A stretch of 18,752 bases of DNA from Octopus sinensis (lineage: Eukaryota), in the NCBI RefSeq assembly GCF_006345805.1, contig NW_021824436.1, positions 1 to 18,752 of the forward strand, read 5' to 3'. The translations under genes and the position numbers were made by a program. A model generated the notes under the pieces. It did not search any database. It was given only the letters and a program-made list of their open reading frames with translations, and had not been told where the DNA came from. Each line of letters begins with the position of its first letter. The stretch's first letter is position 1. This document shows positions 8,062 to 18,597 of the stretch, one piece after another.

Positions 8062-8580
8062 TTATTTATTAAAATATAAATGCCAACGCAAAATGTTTGG
8101 TAAGGGCCTCAAGTCTTCCTTCTTTCTGTCCGTTCTGTCAATAAACACAGTAAGTTTGGCTTTGACTTCGATATGGAATGGAAAGACAAACCAAACAGAA
8201 AGTCCAACAAAAGAAAAAGAAGAAGAAAACAAAACGAAGAGGAAAAGAAAAATGGTAAATAAAACTCTAGCATCATCTAAATGCAAAAGCTGTGTTCGCA
8301 CGTTTTAGACACGGTATGTGTGCGCAGTGATTAAAGACAGCGCAAACATTATAAACCTTTGATTGTGTCTGACCTGTTCTTATGGTGTGAGCGTGTGCAA
8401 CTATGGCGGTTTAAAAACACTCGTGTCATTGTGGAAGTGCTGTGGAATATTGAACGCCGTCTCTTAAATATATTCAGAAATAGGAAAGACGTTTCGTAGT
8501 GTTTGTCTTTACTTGGGGTGAAAGGAGACATTTTGAATTTTGAGATGTTTGATGAAAGGAAAAGAGGGTTGAAATGTGTC

Positions 8581-8655
8581 AGCGCGCGTGCGCGTGTGCG
8601 TGTGTGTGGGTTATGTGTGTGTGTGTGTGTGTGTATGGTTATGTGTGCGTGTGTG
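8581..8655. repeat. (GC)/(GT) alternating purine-pyrimidine microsatellite
   Basis: Direct reading. Confidence 0.85.
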
Positions 8656-8927
8656 ATTGATGTTTGAATAGTAATAGACGAAGGGTATTGATTTTTTTTC
8701 ATTTATTTCTGATTCGCCAACTGATCAGAAGAAATACCGGCTATGTTCCATATGTACACACATATATACTTGCGTGCGTATGTAAGTATATGTATTATGT
8801 GGGTTTATATGCGTGTGTGCATGTGTGTGTGTGTGTGTGTGTGTGTGTTTGTATATGTTAGGGTTCATAAACTTTTATACATGAAAACGATGCACGAAAT
8901 AAACTTTTAAGATGGTGGTTGCTTCAT

Positions 8928-8968
8928 TATATATATATATATATAGACAAATACATATATACATTCAC

Positions 8969-8999
<31 letters not shown>

Positions 9000-9049
9000 C
9001 ATACATACAGATATACATACACACCACATACACACACACACATATACAT

Positions 9050-9102
<53 letters not shown>

Positions 9103-9143
9103 TACATACAATACATACATACATCACATACATACATATATAT

Positions 9144-9208
<65 letters not shown>

Positions 9209-9252
9209 TAATAAGATATATATATATATATACTATATATATATATATCTAT

Positions 9253-9310
<58 letters not shown>
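8928..9310. repeat. Compound (TA)n/(TACA)n/(CA)n microsatellite
   Basis: Direct reading. Confidence 0.95.
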
Positions 9311-9312
<2 letters not shown>

Positions 9313-9799
9313 GTATGTATGGTACATACATCTATATACCATTTCGGGCGGGTTACTCGGACCAGAACTAGTCTTTTCTTCTGAAGTGTTTCTGCCTTCC
9401 GTGACATTTAAAAAGTTTTCTGTTAGTAACTTGAAATCAGGAGAGAGAGAGTTAATCAACGTACGTCATTCTAGGTCGTCTGACCTGAAAATCCCCATGA
9501 CACGCGACCCACAGAAGGACCTCGCTCAGTAAGTCATTTTTCCTTCGATAACAGTGACCAGCATATCTTGTCTTCCTCTCTCGAGGGATTGAGAGGATAT
9601 GCTGGAGAATAGTTTAGTAAAATGCTTCTTTCGTTGAGAAGAGTACGCGACATAAGTGTGTAGGACCCATTATGCTTGCTCTCCGTCTGTTTATTTGTCA
9701 GAGTCCATGTTGATGAACCGTAAAGAATATTAAACTGGTGTATACATGCATGCACACATACACACACACACACACATTGTTGTTGGCATTCTTTTCTCT

Positions 9800-10137
9800 C
9801 GGTTGACAATGGAGTTGCGCTTAAAATAATCCAGTTTTGCGCAGGCCTGGGCTAGATGTAAGAAAATCCTGGGTATCCCAATCGTCAGGATTCCTCTCTC
9901 GACCTTGCTGACGTCGTCCAAAAGAATGCAGAGCATTACGTTTGGCACCAACTTGGTTGCAGGAGCTGCCGGAAGAGTGTCGAGTCCAACACTAAACCAC
10001 CTACGGGGCTCCACTCTGGATTCTTTTGAAGGTTGTCTCCTTTCCGTTACCCTGGATAGGGGCCCAAACCGGGTACTGTCAGCCGGAGCCAGCTGATCCC
10101 TGACTCGTGTCAGGCAGGGTCGTCACTCCCTGAAGTA
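9800..10137 (-). mobile_element. Probable RTE-clade LINE 5' leader fragment
   Basis: GC-richer island; minus strand GAGTGGAGCCCC...CTTCCGGCAGCTCCTGCAACCAAGTTGGTGCCAAACGTAATGCTCTGC...CCCAGGCCTGCGC resembles RTE 5' regions as I recall them; not verified by search. Confidence 0.55.
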
Positions 10138-10163
10138 GTGAAGAAAATCGCTACCCACTACCT

Positions 10164-10215
10164 ACACACACACGTGTGTGTGTGTGTGTGTGTGTGTGCG
10201 CGAGCGCGTGTATGT
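10164..10215. repeat. (CA)5 directly abutting (GT)n
   Basis: Direct reading. Confidence 0.9.
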
Positions 10216-10396
10216 GTGTATTATTCAACAAGAATATTGTCGTCGGTGTCTTAACTGACCGAAACTCCGTAGTCACTGTCAACATTATTCCTCCAAGACT
10301 CCTACCGAAGTTACGCTGATGTCATCGTGCATCATCTCTGGTTTGCATTTTGTAATCTTTCTAAAGGTGAAGATCAAAACAAGGAATAGGATTTTC

Positions 10397-10745
10397 ATAG
10401 GTGCAGATATGGCAGTGGAGTAAAGAAACTTACTTTGCAGCTACCTGGCTTCGAGTTCAGTCCCACAGCACGCAGTATCTTGAGCAAGTATTTTCTACCG
10501 TTACTATGGAATGACCAAAGCCTCGTGAGTGAATTTGATAGACGGAAACTGTAATGAAGCTTGTATATAAAAATATATGTGCGTGGCAGCTGTTGATTTG
10601 TCCCAGTAATCTAGCGATTCGGCAAAAGAGACCGATAGATAAAAATAAAATGAGTGCTGGTGTCCATTTATTCGATTGAAATCTTCAAAGTGGTGTTCCA
10701 GCATAGTCGCAGTCTAATGACTGAATGGAGCAAAAGGGTAAAAAT
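10397..10745 (+). mobile_element. Full-length, strongly diverged F1 SINE
   Basis: GAGTTCAGTCCCAC, TCTTGAGCAAGT, GACCAAAGCCTCGTGAGTG, CGGCAAAAGAGACCGATAG and CCAGCATAGTCGCAGTC occur in the same order as in 2258-2716. Confidence 0.85.
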
Positions 10746-11112
10746 TATATGGTGCCCAATTTTATCGATGGTAAAATGTGCAGTATATTCGATCAACAAG
10801 AAGGAAAGAATAGTAGTGCTGCCATGCTTCGTTATCTGATGTTGTAGGGAACATAAAAAATCAATGTATTTGGCAATGCTGTATGAAGTAATCTCCCGAA
10901 ATGTCAGTGTCTCGGTTGTAATAAATCCTATATATTATCCGTATATTGTTCGTAAATACATCTACACACATGGATATATATAGAGAGCCCCACACATAAA
11001 CGTGCAGGCATAAAGAGACATACATACAACAATTAATTTTAGATTTGAAACTTGCATCTCGTCGACAGATTTCCTGTCCAACTATAGTAACAACTGAGTA
11101 TCTCCTTCCCTA

Positions 11113-11129
11113 GAGGTCATTGTGACCTC
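11113..11129. promoter_or_regulatory. Perfect palindromic estrogen-response-element-type site (IR3)
   Basis: G-AGGTCA-TTG-TGACCT-C; the motif match is exact but function is not demonstrated. Confidence 0.45.
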
Positions 11130-11365
11130 GGAGGAGATTGTGGAAATACAACGAAACAGCAAACCACCTGAAAGATCCGAATCTAAATTCATATCTATAT
11201 ACTGTGTATGGCATTAAGTTTATGGTCCTCTAAACCAAGAGAAAATACACCGCATAGCGAATCATGCAGACTGAGTTTCAAAATATAATAATATCCCACA
11301 CTTTTCAATAGAATTCTATGTTTCTTCGCTTAACTTCAAACCACGCTATTGTCTTGTTTACAGTA

Positions 11366-11513
<148 letters not shown>

Positions 11514-11589
11514 TAGGGACAAACAGATGTACATCATGAACAATACAGAGCATATTGGTTTTTCACGCTTACCAGAGTATATACGTATG

Positions 11590-11608
11590 TTCATATATGC
11601 GCACGCTC

Positions 11609-11640
<32 letters not shown>

Positions 11641-12000
11641 ATGTGTATGTGTGTGCACATATAAATATGTATATATATATATGTGTGTGTGAATATATAT
11701 AAGACATTCATAAAAGCATAAAAGAATGTATCAAGAATATTAGATTATATACATGAACTTCTTTTGCGTATTTGTATATGTATATATATACACACTCATC
11801 TATATTTATATACAAAAGCTAGAAACACACACATACACACTGTATGTATGTATTTTTATGCATATACATTGAATATGCGAATGCAAATATATATACATAT
11901 AATGCGACTTAATATAAATCTAGTATGAGATAAGGAAAGGAAAACACATACATATATATATACATATACACGCTCGCCCATATACACATATATATATATA
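11590..12000. repeat. Degenerate TA/TG/CA low-complexity region
   Basis: Direct reading. Confidence 0.8.
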
Positions 12001-12165
12001 CATGGAAGTGAAAGAAAGAAAGAGGGCTATGAGCTGATGATAGATCTATCAAAACGATTATCGATCTCTTGATATATTTACACACCATTTTGTTTCTTTT
12101 AATCAATCATCGAAGTCTCCTCAACCGCTACGTTAACCACCACTATAGATAGACACGAACCACTA

Positions 12166-12176
12166 ATATCTATCTA

Positions 12177-12208
<32 letters not shown>
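12166..12208. repeat. (TATC)n array
   Basis: Direct reading. Confidence 0.95.
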
Positions 12209-12234
12209 GATATATTGATATTTACCCCGCTCAC

Positions 12235-12266
12235 GCACACACACACATACTTACATATATATATAC

Positions 12267-12301
<35 letters not shown>

Positions 12302-12357
12302 CTTGCATATATAAATATATTTGTATGTGTAAAAAACATTGTAGTCTTATGTACACG

Positions 12358-12394
<37 letters not shown>

Positions 12395-12500
12395 TATATA
12401 TATATTATATATATATATATACATACACACACACACACATATACTTATATACGCACGCACATACACTCATGTATAAACGTGTGCATAGACACGCGCACAC
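12235..12500. repeat. (TA)n/(CA)n compound microsatellite
   Basis: Direct reading. Confidence 0.9.
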
Positions 12501-12663
12501 AAAACACATTTTAAATTCCTTCTTTATTTTCCCGTTTTTCCCCACATATTTTGTTTGTCCGTGCAATTCTTCTCCCCGACAACTCCCGCGATGTCTCTCA
12601 CCCGTTCCCCACTTCCCTGTTTTTTCTTTCTTTCTTCCTCTCTATCTGCCATAAACACCTACC

Positions 12664-12726
12664 ATCAACAACAACATCAACAACAACAACGGCCATAACA
12701 TAACATAACAATAACAACAACAACAA
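12664..12726. repeat. (CAA)n/(CATAA)n repeat
   Basis: Direct reading. Confidence 0.9.
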
Positions 12727-12863
12727 TAGTCAGCGGTTCCACATAATAAACATTCTCTTGTCCATTGGATGTACAGATGGAGCATGAAATCGTCTCACTC
12801 TGCTGAACAGCTTGATCGATCCATTTACTATACACACATAAGACATACGTATGTATGGTGTGC

Positions 12864-12866
<3 letters not shown>

Positions 12867-12916
<50 letters not shown>

Positions 12917-12938
12917 ATATATATAAAAATATATATAC

Positions 12939-12984
<46 letters not shown>

Positions 12985-13413
12985 GTATATCAACAGTTAT
13001 CGATGTATTCATACATATATTTTTATATATACTGAATCTATAATACAATGGAATCTATAGTATATACATATGTATAGATGCATATGAATACGTGCATATA
13101 TGAAATAAATATATTACACACACACATGTATATATTATATATAAATATAGATAAAGATATACTGATATATACCTAGGCATTTATAGATAGATTTGTTCAT
13201 ATGCACACACATATATACACATACACATAATATATTATGCGCGTATGTGCTTATGAGTGAAAATGACAGAAATAGAGATAGAGAGAGAGATATGCATGCA
13301 AGTCAATATAAGAAATATATTTTTATTAACTAATACGAGTTATTAGTATATTATTATTATTATTAACCAATACTTAATGTGTATGTATAAGTATATATAT
13401 ATATATATATATA
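12867..13413. repeat. (TA)n arrays and degenerate AT-rich low-complexity DNA
   Basis: Direct reading. Confidence 0.85.
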
Positions 13414-13884
13414 TAAGGTGGTATCAAAAAGTTACCGGACTAGTTCTGTAGCGCGCCAACAGATGGCAGCAAACGATTTCGCGCGCAGCGAGAGGTAGCA
13501 GTGATCTTCATGAGATATTGTGCCAAGTAACATCGTTGTGTTTACTTCGCAAGTTAACACAGAGACATTGAGGATTCTTCAGCAAACTTACTGCGATGAA
13601 GCAGCAGTCGTCACAATGGAAGTAGGCCTCCATCTCCAGAACTGAAGAAGGCAGGACAGAGCCGCAGCTCATTCAAGAGCATGCTCATCGTTTTTTTTAC
13701 GATAGCCGCGGTATTGTGCATCGAGAATTTGTCCCACAGGACCAGACTGTCAATTGAGAGTTCTACTGCATCGTTTTGAAGCGTTTGGGGGAGGACATTC
13801 GGTGAAAGCAACCGGATCTGTGGAGCGCAAAGAATTGGATTCTTCACGACGACAATGTATCCTGTCATTGAGCTCTCCTCACTC
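13414..13884 (+). mobile_element. Decayed mariner element (irritans-like), internally deleted and 3'-truncated
   Basis: TA followed by TIR-like TAAGGTGGTATCAAAAAGTTACCGGAC; transposase remnants downstream; no right TIR seen. Confidence 0.88.
13562..13884 (+). pseudogene. Mariner transposase pseudogene (stops and frameshifts)
   Basis: ETLRILQQTYCDEA (N-terminal part) joined to KQQSSQWK...SFKSMLIVFF and DSRGIVHREFVPQDQTVN*EFYCIVLKRLGEDIR*KQPDLWSAKNWILHDDN; HDDN at 13845-13856 corresponds to the second catalytic Asp motif (HxDNA). Confidence 0.9.
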
Positions 13885-13892
13885 AAGCAGGC

Positions 13893-13980
13893 CAACAGAA
13901 GAAAGAGTGAGCGAAAGAGTACAGCAGGGATCGCCCCCACCTGCCGGAGCCTCGTGGAGCGTTAGGTATTTTCGCTCAAT
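13893..13980 (-). mobile_element. Internal fragment of F3 SINE at the mariner truncation point
   Basis: CCTGCCGGAGCCTCGTGGAGCGTTAGGTATTTTCGCTCAAT matches about 14462-14502. Confidence 0.85.
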
Positions 13981-14214
13981 GAGACATGTGACGAATATTT
14001 TGTGAAAATTGTGACTCAAAAAATCATTGCCTGGAGGAACGTTTAGTGCTGGAATCTCCGAATCGCGACAGAAGCAAGTTGGGTTAGGATGGTGGGTGTC
14101 CGTTACACGCAATATGTAGTTTTACGTTACAATCTGTTTTTTTAAGTAATTCTTCTTACCTTTGTGAAGCTAATTGTAAAATGAGTGGCTGTGTGACACT
14201 GTCTTTCTGGAAGC

Positions 14215-14592
14215 ACTCCGTCGGTTACGACGACGAGGGTTCCGGTTGATCCGAATCAACGGAACAGCCTGCTCGTGAAATTAACGTGTAAGTGGCTGAG
14301 CACTCCACAGACACGTGTACCCTTAACGTAGTTCTCGGGGATATTCAGCGTGACACAGAGAGTGACAAGGCCGGCCCCTTGAAATACAGGTACAACAGAA
14401 ACAGGAAGTAAGAGTGAGAGAAAGTTGTGGTGAAAGAGTACACCAGGGATGACCACCATCCCCTGCCGGAGCCTCGTGGAGCTTTAGGTGTTTTCGCTCA
14501 ATAAACACTCACAACGCCCGGTCTGGGAATCGAAGCCGCGATCCTACGACCGCGAGTCCGCTGCTCTAACCACTGGGCCATTGCGCCTCCAC
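14215..14592 (-). mobile_element. Full-length F3 tRNA-derived SINE
   Basis: Minus strand GTGGAGGCGCAATGGCCCAGTGGTTAG (A-box) and GGCTTCGATTCCC (B-box-like), followed by about 300 nt of body. Confidence 0.9.
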
Positions 14593-14739
14593 ACACACAC
14601 ACACATATATGTACGAATTTGGAATTGTATTTACCTGCTCGTCCACATCCACACGTACATTTAACTACTAGGTGATATTGATATTTACCAGGTTGTAGTG
14701 AGGTACTATGTATGTACGTCCATGTCTACAATAACCAAC

Positions 14740-14821
<82 letters not shown>

Positions 14822-14836
14822 GTCTGTCTGTCTGTC
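14740..14836. repeat. (TATC)n grading into (TGTC)n
   Basis: Direct reading. Confidence 0.97.
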
Positions 14837-15252
14837 TTGCCGTCTTTCTACCAACCTACCTATCAATCTACCTATCTAGCCATCCATTCATCCGTCCAAG
14901 CATCCACCATTGTCACGTGGTGTTGAGGAACAACACATATAAAGTGTACTATAATTCAAATTCTTCCATTTAATTTTCAAATTTCGCCATTGCTAAGTTT
15001 CAAGTTCCATACGTATTTACACAGAACTGCAACATTTGAATTTCGGAAAGAAGTATGCTCCACTTAACAGTATTGAATCCAGTCTGTATCAGGGCAATGT
15101 ATTGTTTGATCATATTTAGAAAGATCAGTGAGTATATTCTGATAAAAATGAAGTATGTTGCAATGAGCTTCCTCTTTCTTTTTATCCTGAAAGGCTGAAA
15201 TAGACGTCATGGTGCTGGACAAACATGACCACAACCTAGTGATTTACAACAG

Positions 15253-15287
<35 letters not shown>

Positions 15288-15366
15288 TATAATATATAAT
15301 ATAGTATGTGTATGTGTTATTTGTATATATATATAATATGTATGTGTTATGTATTGGTATATATAT

Positions 15367-15428
<62 letters not shown>

Positions 15429-15548
15429 GTGTTGTTGTGTATATATATATATATTGTATGTGTATATGTATGTGTATATAATATATGATATGTATGTGTA
15501 TATATATATTAATATATAATATATATATATATATATATATTGCATATT

Positions 15549-15584
<36 letters not shown>

Positions 15585-15612
15585 TATTTATGTATATATA
15601 TATATATATATA
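15253..15612. repeat. (TA)n-rich compound microsatellite
   Basis: Direct reading. Confidence 0.92.
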
Positions 15613-15817
15613 ATTTGTTAAGATTTGTCGCGCTTTGCTTATTTGTTCTTCTTCATCTCTCTCTCCTCTATAAATTGGATCTCTTCTTGTCAGGTGTCCC
15701 AGATGTACCTACCTCTGGCAGGAAACACAGATGCGGCGGGCAGCGGCATAGAACTCCCTTGTTGATCAAGTGCCACGTATCAGAGGTGGTTTCACATACT
15801 AGTGTAGCCCATTCAAC

Positions 15818-15874
15818 GGTGGTGCCCCAGCATGGCAGCAGCCTTCGGGATGAAACATTTTTAGGGATTTAAGG

Positions 15875-15878
<4 letters not shown>
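15818..15878 (+). mobile_element. Retroposon 3' end related to the F1 tail
   Basis: GGTGGTGCCCCAGCATGGCAGCAGCC...TGAAACA followed by a short tandem tail TTTAGGGATTTAAGGATTT. Confidence 0.65.
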
Positions 15879-15919
<41 letters not shown>

Positions 15920-16132
15920 TATACATTGATATCGAACATTGCATCGGCGGGTAAATATTCTTTATTTGTGTGTTAACAAGGCACCATCGATTTCATGCTG
16001 AGAGAATTCTCAGCAAGATTGGGACGAGCAATAATTGCTAAGAATTCACTTGACACGAAACCAATGGTAGCCTTGTTAACCCACAAATTAATAAAAGTAT
16101 ACATGTATATGTATACGTATTTATATACCTAC

Positions 16133-16350
16133 GTCTGTGTTTGTCCTCCAGTAACGCTTAACAACCTCTGATCGCTTGTTTTCGTCCCCGTAGCTGAGTG
16201 GTTCGGCCATAATGACCGTTAGAATAAGTATCCGGCTTAAAACAACAAAATAAGAATTGGTGTTGATTTTTTTCGACTAAAACCTTTTAAAGCAGTGCCC
16301 CAGCATGGCCACAGTCCAATGACTGAAACAAGTAAATGATAAAAGATATA
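16133..16350 (+). mobile_element. F1 SINE 3' half (orphan)
   Basis: GTCCCCGTAGCTGAGTGGTTCGGC, TTCGACTAAAA, GTGCCCCAGCATGGCCACAGTCCAATGACTGAAACAAGTAAA. Confidence 0.85.
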
Positions 16351-16364
16351 CACCTTTAAAAGGC

Positions 16365-16566
16365 ATAATTTTTTCTACTCTGGGTAGAAGACCCGACATT
16401 TTTAGGGAGGAGCCAGTCGATTAGATCGACCCCAGTGCGGAGCTGGTACTTAATTTATTGACCCTGAAAAGATGAAAGGCAAAGTTGACCTCGGCAGAAT
16501 TTGAACTCAGAACATAAAGTTAGGCGAAATAACTCTAAGCATTTCGCCCGGTGTGCTAACGTTTCT
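16365..16566 (-). mobile_element. F2 SINE, older variant-tail copy C lacking the first ~15 nt of the head
   Basis: Diverged match to F2 body including ATTTGAACTCAG (inverted B-box); 3' region differs from copies B and D. Confidence 0.85.
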
Positions 16567-16802
16567 TATTTCTTTATTGCCCACAAGGGGCTAAACATAG
16601 AGGGGACAAACAAGGACAGACAAAGGGATTAAGTCGATTACATCGACCCCAGTGCGTAACTGGTACTAAATTTATCGACCCCGAAAGGATGAAAGGCAAA
16701 GTCGACCTCGGCGGAATTTGAACTCAGAACGTAACGGCAGACGAAATACCACAAAGCATTTCGCGCGGCGTGCTAACGTTTCTGCTGTCAGCTCACCGCC
16801 TT
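16567..16802 (-). mobile_element. F2 SINE, full-length young copy D
   Basis: Nearly identical to 7491-7720. Confidence 0.92.
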
Positions 16803-17259
16803 CTTTAGAAGACATAATGCCGTGGAATTATCTGAGGTAAAATCTCTTAGACTTGATGCGTTAAAAAAATCACCTGAAGGAATCATGTAGAATGGGAAAT
16901 ATTGGACTAGCGATGAAGAGAATCGACGGCTTCGACCGAAGAAATAATATAAAATTCCTTCCTTTTAGTCGTGTACATATCTGCATCTTTCTTTCTCTAA
17001 TATATGTATATATATATATATATACGTATGTGTACGTGAGCGTGGAGATGAGGAGGGACGTGTACGACAAACACGGGGACATGATAAATTCGAAATTGAG
17101 AAAGAAATACAAAATCAAACAACACATTTGGAGTATATTATGTAATAATGATAGAGATTGGAAGCCAAGAAAGAAATCAAATCGATGATCATCTCCCTTT
17201 CCCTCCGCGACCATCTCTCCCCTACTCTTTCAGTGTATCACTATTTCTATCTGTCTAAC

Positions 17260-17392
17260 TATGTATATATTCTATATATATATATATATATTATAATATA
17301 GCAAGATAGATAGATAGATATTACATAAATATGTGTTGTGTGTGGCATATAAACTCAAAGACACCATATCTATATAGGTGTTATATATATAT

Positions 17393-17424
<32 letters not shown>

Positions 17425-17786
17425 ATACACATCGCACAATCAGTCATAATCTACATATTTATAGATATCTGTTTTTATCTACATGTATACATTTTCTTAT
17501 GTAGGTAAGCTTATACATACTTATCAATGCCTATATATTTTCATGCACATATATATATTTATATACATATACAATACACACATATATATACGTACATACA
17601 TGCATACATACATATATATATATGTGTGTAAACATATAGGTATATATAGGTGCATGTATTGTATATAAATGTGTAGGTACGATTATATATATATATATAT
17701 ATGCACACACACATACATACTGTGAATAGATTATATACAAATATTACAGGATTTTATCTAATGTATACACACTCATCACTCGTTTC

Positions 17787-17835
<49 letters not shown>

Positions 17836-17975
17836 TCATGGGCAATGCATGTGTAAATCTATTCTAATACATTGATATATGTGACTTTTGTTTTTTTCGC
17901 ATATCTTATCTCTCTTTTCTGCTTCTTTTTCACTGTCTCTTGGCAAATCTGTGTACGAGTGTACATACATATACC

Positions 17976-18012
<37 letters not shown>

Positions 18013-18256
18013 GTATATATATATATATATATATACGTGTATTATACACGTAGAAACATACATGCGTAGACATGAGCATCACATCAAGCAAGCCTAAACA
18101 GTAGCTACATACATGCAAATATATATATATATATAATATATACAAATCGTGTATATATTATATATATATATATAACATTCACATATATACAGACATTTAT
18201 ATTTGGCACACAGTTGCGTATGTATGCATGAATACATATATACATTTGTCTAGTGT

Positions 18257-18321
<65 letters not shown>

Positions 18322-18345
18322 TATGTACATACATACACACATGTA
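17260..18345. repeat. Extended (TA)n/(CA)n compound low-complexity region
   Basis: Direct reading; interspersed with short unique stretches. Confidence 0.85.
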
Positions 18346-18482
18346 GCACTGAGAGATTTACCACATATTTGTTAAGATATTGATGTCTTTGTTTAAAGAT
18401 TATGGGCGAAATATCTTTTCATCTTTTCATGTTACTATCCTTGTTATTACACTTATTTATTATTACTGTATTTTTTTTGTGT

Positions 18483-18597
18483 TTCTGCTGTTGTTGCAGT
18501 TATTGTTGTTGTTGTTGTTTTTGTTCTCATCGTATTAATGTTTGTTGTTGTTGTTGTGGTTATAGTTGTAAATGTTATTGTTGTTAATGATGTTGTT
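18483..18597. repeat. (TGT)n/(TTG)n trinucleotide repeat
   Basis: Direct reading; source of the poly-Cys ORF. Confidence 0.92.

Noticed and set aside
10164-10183. 20-bp palindrome (AC)5(GT)5 centred on CACGTG
   Set aside because: Trivial result of two abutting dinucleotide repeats
12038-12051. 14-bp palindrome TGATAGATCTATCA
   Set aside because: About one such palindrome is expected per window, and it derives from GATA/TATC repeats
12700-12835. Minus-strand frame KWIDQAVQQSETISCSICTSNGQENVYYVEPL, with YYVEPL recalling ADAM prodomains
   Set aside because: Only a 6-residue resemblance, no credible donor site, and it runs into a (TTG)n repeat
14510-14592. tRNA-like sequence with A and B boxes
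   Set aside because: No acceptor-stem pairing and it continues into a SINE body; it is a SINE head, as are the F1 and F2 heads
15071-15133. 57-nt candidate exon with a GTGAGT donor
   Set aside because: Poor pyrimidine tract and an unrecognisable peptide; such signals are expected by chance in 18 kb
17036-17188. RRDVYDKHG resembling the end of a J-domain
   Set aside because: No HPD motif or upstream helices; preceded by (TA)n; chance similarity
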